A stretch of 64,000 nt of DNA from Acidobacteriota bacterium (GTDB lineage: Bacteria > Acidobacteriota > UBA6911). The notes beneath the pieces are model-generated. The model was given only the letters and a program-made list of their open reading frames with translations. It was not told the origin of the DNA and searched no databases. Both the position numbers and the translations under genes were made by a program. The stretch covers positions 4,000,001-4,064,000 of the forward strand of contig OY761556.1 in NCBI GenBank assembly GCA_963664705.1, written 5' to 3'. This document shows, in pieces, positions 58,269 through 64,000 of this stretch; positions within the stretch are counted from its first letter, which is position 1, and every line of letters begins with the position of its first letter.

Positions 58269-60101
58269 ATGAAACCTGATCCGGAGATATCGAGAAGGAG
58301 TTTCCTCAAAGAGAGCAGTTCCGCCATCGGCGGTGCGGCGCTATCTGGAGCCGCGGCTGCGGCCGAAGCTGCGCCGGGCGCCAAACTCACGCTTCTGGAC
58401 CCCACCGGCGCGCAGGAAATCACGCATCTTTTCGCCCCGCGCCTGCCAGACCTGAATGGCAAAATCATCGCGGAACTGGCTGTGGATCCTACAAAATGGC
58501 AGCCTCACCGGACAATGCCATATATTGAAGAGCTCCTGAAGAAGCAATTCCCTTCCATCCGGTTCATCCCCATGCAGGAATTCCCAATGGGGATTCAAAT
58601 CAGCGAGGACAGGGTTATTCAGCTGGTGGCGGCAAAGAAGCCGGATGCCGTTATTATCGGCAACGCGGGTTGAGGGTCGTGCGCTGCCGCCAGCGGAGGT
58701 GCCGCTGCAAAACTGGAAAAACTCGGAATTCCCACCGTCATCATTCAACGCAAGGAGTTGATGGCCGCCACACGTCAGGCCATTATGGGCCAAGGACTCC
58801 CGGCCGAAGCACCCTGGGTTGTATTTGAATACCCGTTATTCCTTGTCGACAGCGATCTGAGCCCGATCAAGGGAAAATACTCTGAGATTGTGCATGCCCT
58901 GACTCAATGGCAGCCTCAAAACAATAGGAAAGGAATTTACAATAAAGCACCCGTGGAAGTTACGGGAAAGGACTATGAGGATGCGCTGGCAAAGGCCAAT
59001 TACCTGTTCCTGAAGAAAAACTGGAGTGACGGGCTAGCCCTTTTTCCGCCCACTCGAAACCGCGTGAACTGGATACTGACGGGAACGGATCATAGCCCGG
59101 ACGAGAAGGTCGGCGGAGGATCCGGAAAGGTGGCGCCCAAGGAGGGCATCCTCACCTATGAAGTTCTTGCGACCTGTATGGCGATGGCCGGAGGGCGCCC
59201 GGAATATATGCCGGTGGCTGAAGCCGTGTGCAAGACTATCGTCGAGAAACAGAATACGCTGATGACCAGTTCTGGTGGGGCTTATCAGGGAATCTGCGTC
59301 AATGGGTCCGTGGCAAAACAGATTCGCTTGAATTCCCGCTTCAGTCTTTTCGGCCCAAATCCAAACCATCCGGCAGGCGGAGCCATCGGCCGGTGCATTT
59401 CGCTTGTACTGATGAATGTCGGCGGTCATGTGGCCGGACAGGGAACTATTGCGGAATACGGGGAAATGCGCTTCACCGGTCTGTGTTTTGCGGAAAACGA
59501 GGAGAGTCTTCCCAAAGGCTGGTCCACATTCACGGAAGACAAATACAAACGCCCCAAGGGCACCAATTCGGCAACCTTTTTCATCACCTTCCTGGGCGGC
59601 CTGCGTCCTTTTGTACACAGGGGCTCGGGAGATGAACCGAATTTCGAAACCGAAATGAAGGAGAGCTTCTTCCGGGCGGCCGCCGTAATGAAAAATATCT
59701 GGACGACAAGCCACAGCGCAACTCCCGGCTCCCCCGGCATCATGTTCTACAATTCAATGATTTGCGGCAATATGGCAAAGATCGGATGGACGAAGGAAAA
59801 GATCCGGGCCCATCTGGCGGAAGTTCTTTTTGCGACTGCGGAGGAAATAAAGGACCGGACGGATGTGCAGCGATCTGCGGCCGCACTGAAGGTCGATATG
59901 TCCAATTTGCCACCGCGAATCCCCTTGATGACCGACTCCAGAAACATCAATTTTATTTGCGCCGGCGGAGACCATCCTTCACTGGCCATGTGGCTGGCTG
60001 GCGTCACCTTTCTGGGAAATACGGAGATCCAGTTGCCCGGGAATTGGGAGGCGTTACTTGCACAAGCCGAGCAGGACCTGGGGCCGATTCCTGTGTTGTG
60101 A
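58269..60101 (+). CDS. Tat-signal UGSC-family selenoprotein (single 610-aa ORF; Sec encoded by TGA 58671-58673)
   Basis: ORF-track ORFs 58248-58673 and 58758-60101 are in the same frame, separated only by one TGA. Read-through gives DAVIIGNAG-U-GSCAAASGGAAAKLEKLGIPTVII with no other stop. SRRSFLK Tat motif; downstream SECIS-like hairpin. Confidence 0.85.
58691..58707 (+). promoter_or_regulatory. Candidate bacterial SECIS element
   Basis: CAGCGG-AGGTG-CCGCTG stem-loop; apical loop begins 23 nt after the UGA and has G in its second position, consistent with the bacterial SECIS consensus. Confidence 0.65.
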
Positions 60102-60171
60102 CAAAGGTCCCGGGAATACTCGAGCCGGATCACACTTTTTCGTCAGCTTTGAATACCCAGGCCTGCAGCGT

Positions 60172-60199
60172 GAAGGGGGCAGCGAATGCTGCCCCCTTC
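60172..60199. terminator. Hairpin between convergent genes
   Basis: GAAGGGGGCAGC-gaat-GCTGCCCCCTTC, 12-bp perfect stem. Confidence 0.7.
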
Positions 60200-60203
60200 C
60201 TGC

Positions 60204-63200
60204 CTAAAACTGGAACTTAAGGACTGCCTGTCCCTGGCGCGCTCCGGAAGGATTGGCGGTATTGATGTACCCGAATCCACCGGTCGGCTTGCCGCTGGTA
60301 TCCCTCGTCTGCGTGGACAGCGCATTTGTCGATGAGGGTCCGGGAACATTCGTGCGGTTGAAAATATTCTGAAAGTCAATTCTCAGGCTGATTTTCATCC
60401 CTTCCCTGAAATGGAAGATCCGCTCAATATTCATGCTCTCGGCGGGCACTCGCCTTGACCGGTAGTCGTCGTAATACACGGCCCCGGTTCCAAACGTGCC
60501 TGGTGCAGGGTCGGACCATGCAGCAGGATTCAGGACGAAGTCCTTGTTCGGATCAAAGCAAGTCGTACAGTTGATATCCTTTGTCCAGAGCGGCTGGCCG
60601 GGAACGCGGTTCGCATAGGTGCTCATATAAAGCACCGAAGAGAGCGCATTCTGAGCAACCGGCGCCGCTATCGGCGTTCCGCTTGCATACTGAACCATAG
60701 CTCCAACCGTCCAGCCGCTGATGGCAAGCGAGAGAGGTTTATAAATGTTCAATTTGGGAAGTCGATAGTTCCCAGCAAACATGAACACGAAGGGCCGGGA
60801 GAATGACGACAGATACTTGTTGGTTCTGCGGTCAAAAACATTGTTCACCGCTCCGCCGCCGGTCCCGCCGGTTTCGTTTTCGGAGCCCATCATGAGCTCC
60901 TTTGCCCAGGTAAATGTGGAGGTGAAGTCGAAGCCATGGGAAAACCGTTTGCTGGCCTTTACCTGCAGCGCGTCATACCAGGTTCTGCCAAGTGGAGCCC
61001 AACGATAGGTAATGTTGCCGTACTGCGGGAATGGTCGCAAGGACTGGGCCAAAGTCTGGGTCATAAGGAATCCCGAATAAGGCGCTTTAAATCCGCGAGC
61101 CTGAACCGCAGCGCTACTCAGGGCCGAGGTCAGCAGGTCACGATCAGTCTTCAGCGTGACATCCAGTCCCTTGCTTTGCAGATATTCCGGAGTCAGCGCA
61201 TTGACGTTGATCAGATTTCCATTGACCCACCAGGCGCCACGGTTGCCGACATAGGAGACTTCGATCGCCAGGTCTTTATAGATCTCCCGCTGGATGCCAA
61301 TGCTCCACTGGATCTGCCGCGGCGGCCTTCCGGCATTTCCGTCGACGGCGGAAACCGCCTGGGCTGCCTTGTTCGGAATTACAAACAGGCCCGCATCATA
61401 TACCGGCCACATGCCCGGAGTCGGAGGGCCATCCTGAAGCAGCATCGCCGCAGTTCCGCTGCCCGTAGGTGCGCTGAATGGATTGTTGGATCCGTTCCCC
61501 AAAGAGGTCCGGTTTTCATTTGCGGTTTGTCCGTAGGCAATGCCCCAGCCTGCGCGCAGAACGGTTTTGGGAAGGAACTGATAAGCAATCCCCAGCCGTG
61601 GCCCGAAGGCAAACGGATAATTCCTGCCGAACCTCACATCATTTCTTTCAAAGATCATGGCTCCTAGAAGGCCACCGGCATTGGGATTCGCCGTCGTTGG
61701 AGAAAAGCTCGGAATGCGACCGTACGTATCGTGCAAATATGTCTGATAGTCGTATCGCAGACCATAATCCAATGTCAGCTTGCGGGTCACCTTCCAGCTG
61801 TCCTGTGCAAAGAATGCCCAGGACTGCTTGCCCTGCCGCACCGCACTCGGAACCCCTATGTTGCCGTTGTCCACCATGCCAAGAAGGAAGCTGGCATAGG
61901 CAAACCCAATCGATCCCCCGGCCAATTGCGAGCTTTTCCCGAAAGTCGAGGGGAGCCCGGTCTGGCTGGTGGAAAAATTGTAAACACCATAGGAATTGTC
62001 CAACATAATGGTCGGAAATCCGTCCAATCTCATTTCCGCGCCAAATTTGAGAGTGTGGTTGGATTTGACCCAGGTGAAACTGGCAGCCGCCTCCGGCCGT
62101 TCCATATGTGAATCGCTTTGTGTTGTCGGGCCGGCCGCAGCGCCCAATCTTGTTCCCAGCCCTCCTCGAGTCGTACTGGCCGTTCCACCCAGTACTGGGA
62201 ATCGATTGCTATAGGATCCTTTGAGGCCGAGTTCTTTCAGCTGATCGAATTCCGGAAGAACATAATCCGGCCAGACAGAGCCATGAAAGCCAATCTGCAA
62301 ATGCAGGAGCTTCGTCGGGGACAGAGTCTGATCAAAACTCAACCGCAGCGTTTTGGAGTTTGTGTTGGTGGGCCGGAAATTGGTCAGAGGGGTTTTTATC
62401 CCGTCATCGCCCCCTCGAGCCACTCCTTCAAAACTCGCGCCGTACGCCGATATTTTGGAATGAGCACTGATGTACCAGTCAAGCTTTGCGGATGGAACGT
62501 TCTGATGGCCAGGATAGGGCCATGGATCCAAATAGTTATTGATTAGTTTGGTCTGATCCGTTGCGTGCGGGATAAATCGGTCCTGAACGATACGTGCAAC
62601 CGTGTCAAACCGCTCTACCGGAATCTGATTATTCACGAACATATCCCGGTATCCCGCGATGCCGTTTACCGTGCGGGTTGTTGCCGGATCATATAGCTGG
62701 CCTTCTTTGATCGTACGCCCGAAATCGTCCATGCCGAGTGTCTTGCCGGTGTAGGCTTCGCTGAAATCACCGTTGCGCATTTTGTCGGTGGGCATCGTCC
62801 ACGAAGTATTGACCATCTGAGTTCTACGCGAGGCTTCAAAATTCACAAAAAAGTACATCTTCTTCTGCCGCCCGTCCCAAAGTCCCGGGATAGTGACAGG
62901 GCCGCCGACATTAAAGCCTGGAACAAACACTCTGCTCTTTGCCTTGATGCCGGTATAGGGCTGCGCTGAGTTCAATTTTTCATGGTTCCAGTACAGGTAC
63001 GCGCTGCCATGATATTCGCTGGTGCCCGACTTGGTGGTCATGTTAACGATCCCGCCGCCCGCCTGCCCGTACTCTGCTGAATAATTGCTGGTCAAGATCG
63101 TCACTTCTTCAAGTGCATCCACGCTCGGTTGAGAGTCTTTTGTGGTCCCAATGGAAGTTGCATTGTTCGCTTCCATGCCTTCCACTCTCATGGATTGCGT

Positions 63201-63743
63201 AAAGTTTGGCGCCCCGTTCACACGGAAGATAGCCATCTGGGTAACGCTGGTTCCGGGGATCAATCTCCCTGCAGCCAATGGGTCGCGAACCCACTGGTTG
63301 AAGCCGACGACGGGGAGATCATCGAGCTTCTTTGTGCTGACGTTGTGGCTTATCTCCCCACTCTCGGTTCTCAGCAGTGTCGCATCGGCTTCAACCGTCA
63401 CAACCTCGGCAAGATTCCCCACTTCAAGGGGAAGATCAATACGCAGGGTTTGCGACCCGATCACCGTAATTCCGGTCCGGACATACTGCTTGAATCCCTG
63501 GACTGTGGCAGTCAACTGGTACGCGCCCGCGGGAAGCTCCGACAGCGTATAGTTCCCGGTTTCGCTGCTCGCAGCCCGGTATTTTGCACCGGTCTCCACG
63601 TTGGAAGCTTCTATGGTGGCATTGGGGATTACCGCCCCCGCAGGATCAAGAACTGTTCCCGTAATAGCACCCCTCGTGCTCTGAGCGAAGGCAAACCCGG
63701 CCATCAGGAGCAGACAACAGGCCGAAAGGATCACTGAACGCAT
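60204..63743 (-). CDS. TonB-dependent receptor (Oar-like, N-terminal carboxypeptidase-regulatory domain)
   Basis: Signal peptide, GAITGTVLDPAGAVIP, PSVDALEE..NYSAEYG..GG..TKSGT..HG, FAQDSWKVT..LTLDYGLRYD, FGPRLGIAY, C-terminal LKFQF; GAGGAGG RBS. Confidence 0.93.
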   Translation of the reverse strand: MRSVILSACCLLLMAGFAFAQSTRGAITGTVLDPAGAVIPNATIEASNVETGAKYRAASSETGNYTLSELPAGAYQLTATVQGFKQYVRTGITVIGSQTLRIDLPLEVGNLAEVVTVEADATLLRTESGEISHNVSTKKLDDLPVVGFNQWVRDPLAAGRLIPGTSVTQMAIFRVNGAPNFTQSMRVEGMEANNATSIGTTKDSQPSVDALEEVTILTSNYSAEYGQAGGGIVNMTTKSGTSEYHGSAYLYWNHEKLNSAQPYTGIKAKSRVFVPGFNVGGPVTIPGLWDGRQKKMYFFVNFEASRRTQMVNTSWTMPTDKMRNGDFSEAYTGKTLGMDDFGRTIKEGQLYDPATTRTVNGIAGYRDMFVNNQIPVERFDTVARIVQDRFIPHATDQTKLINNYLDPWPYPGHQNVPSAKLDWYISAHSKISAYGASFEGVARGGDDGIKTPLTNFRPTNTNSKTLRLSFDQTLSPTKLLHLQIGFHGSVWPDYVLPEFDQLKELGLKGSYSNRFPVLGGTASTTRGGLGTRLGAAAGPTTQSDSHMERPEAAASFTWVKSNHTLKFGAEMRLDGFPTIMLDNSYGVYNFSTSQTGLPSTFGKSSQLAGGSIGFAYASFLLGMVDNGNIGVPSAVRQGKQSWAFFAQDSWKVTRKLTLDYGLRYDYQTYLHDTYGRIPSFSPTTANPNAGGLLGAMIFERNDVRFGRNYPFAFGPRLGIAYQFLPKTVLRAGWGIAYGQTANENRTSLGNGSNNPFSAPTGSGTAAMLLQDGPPTPGMWPVYDAGLFVIPNKAAQAVSAVDGNAGRPPRQIQWSIGIQREIYKDLAIEVSYVGNRGAWWVNGNLINVNALTPEYLQSKGLDVTLKTDRDLLTSALSSAAVQARGFKAPYSGFLMTQTLAQSLRPFPQYGNITYRWAPLGRTWYDALQVKASKRFSHGFDFTSTFTWAKELMMGSENETGGTGGGAVNNVFDRRTNKYLSSFSRPFVFMFAGNYRLPKLNIYKPLSLAISGWTVGAMVQYASGTPIAAPVAQNALSSVLYMSTYANRVPGQPLWTKDINCTTCFDPNKDFVLNPAAWSDPAPGTFGTGAVYYDDYRSRRVPAESMNIERIFHFREGMKISLRIDFQNIFNRTNVPGPSSTNALSTQTRDTSGKPTGGFGYINTANPSGARQGQAVLKFQF

Positions 63744-64000
63744 GTGTTACATCCTCCTCTTTACCGAATTGGACTTTGGTTTATATGACATTGGTCAAGG
63801 TACAGGCATTGATAGCATGGACGGCGGCGGCCAATCATTTTGCTGCGGTACAATTTCTGTCCAATTTCCGTCAGAGGCACAGTGCTATAATGCCCCGGAT
63901 AATTTTCAGCAGAGCTTTGATCGGTGCCAGGCGGAATAACCGCTATCTTGCATACAGGCCATGGAAAAACTCGAGCCGATTACGTTCGATCTGTTTACGA

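Noticed and set aside
58248-60101. Two separate genes, or a nonsense pseudogene
   Set aside because: Same frame, single TGA in a UGSC motif, protein-like bridge and SECIS-like hairpin make Sec recoding the better explanation.
63760-64000. TTGG(A/T)C repeats as an operator, and a gene start at 63961 (MEKLEPITFDLFT)
   Set aside because: Motifs are too short and the ORF is cut by the window edge; cannot be supported.

Overview
A ~55% GC bacterial chromosomal window with a gene repertoire typical of Acidobacteriota (inferred, not searched): Oar-like TonB-dependent receptor, carboxypeptidase-regulatory-domain protein, acidobacterial-type OMP and TolC, class D sortase. Several genes suggest an anaerobic or facultative lifestyle (anaerobic sulfatase maturase, multiheme cytochrome c/b fusion, MetF-MetV fusion). 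I saw no rRNA, tRNA, CRISPR array, prophage or IS element. Housekeeping content includes trmFO-xerC-polA, an ECF sigma/anti-sigma/HtrA-like/M48 envelope-stress cluster, tesA-ybbAP, four minor type IV pilins, c-di-GMP enzymes, an NtrY/NtrX-like system, GH115, an RND pump, a sulfatase with its maturase, and leuCD. The most notable signal is at 58269-60101. The ORF track splits it into two ORFs, but it reads as one Tat-signal-bearing selenoprotein: an in-frame TGA in a G-U-G-S-C (UGSC) motif followed by a SECIS-like hairpin. It lies directly downstream of a motif-divergent xanthine-dehydrogenase-family Mo subunit with no neighbouring FeS/FAD partners. Other highlights are an HtrA homologue lacking all three catalytic residues inside the ECF operon, a 13-CXXCH CbcL-like cytochrome, a pseudo-receiver-MetF-MetV fusion, and a sigma54-linked operon headed by a minimal Omp85 protein.
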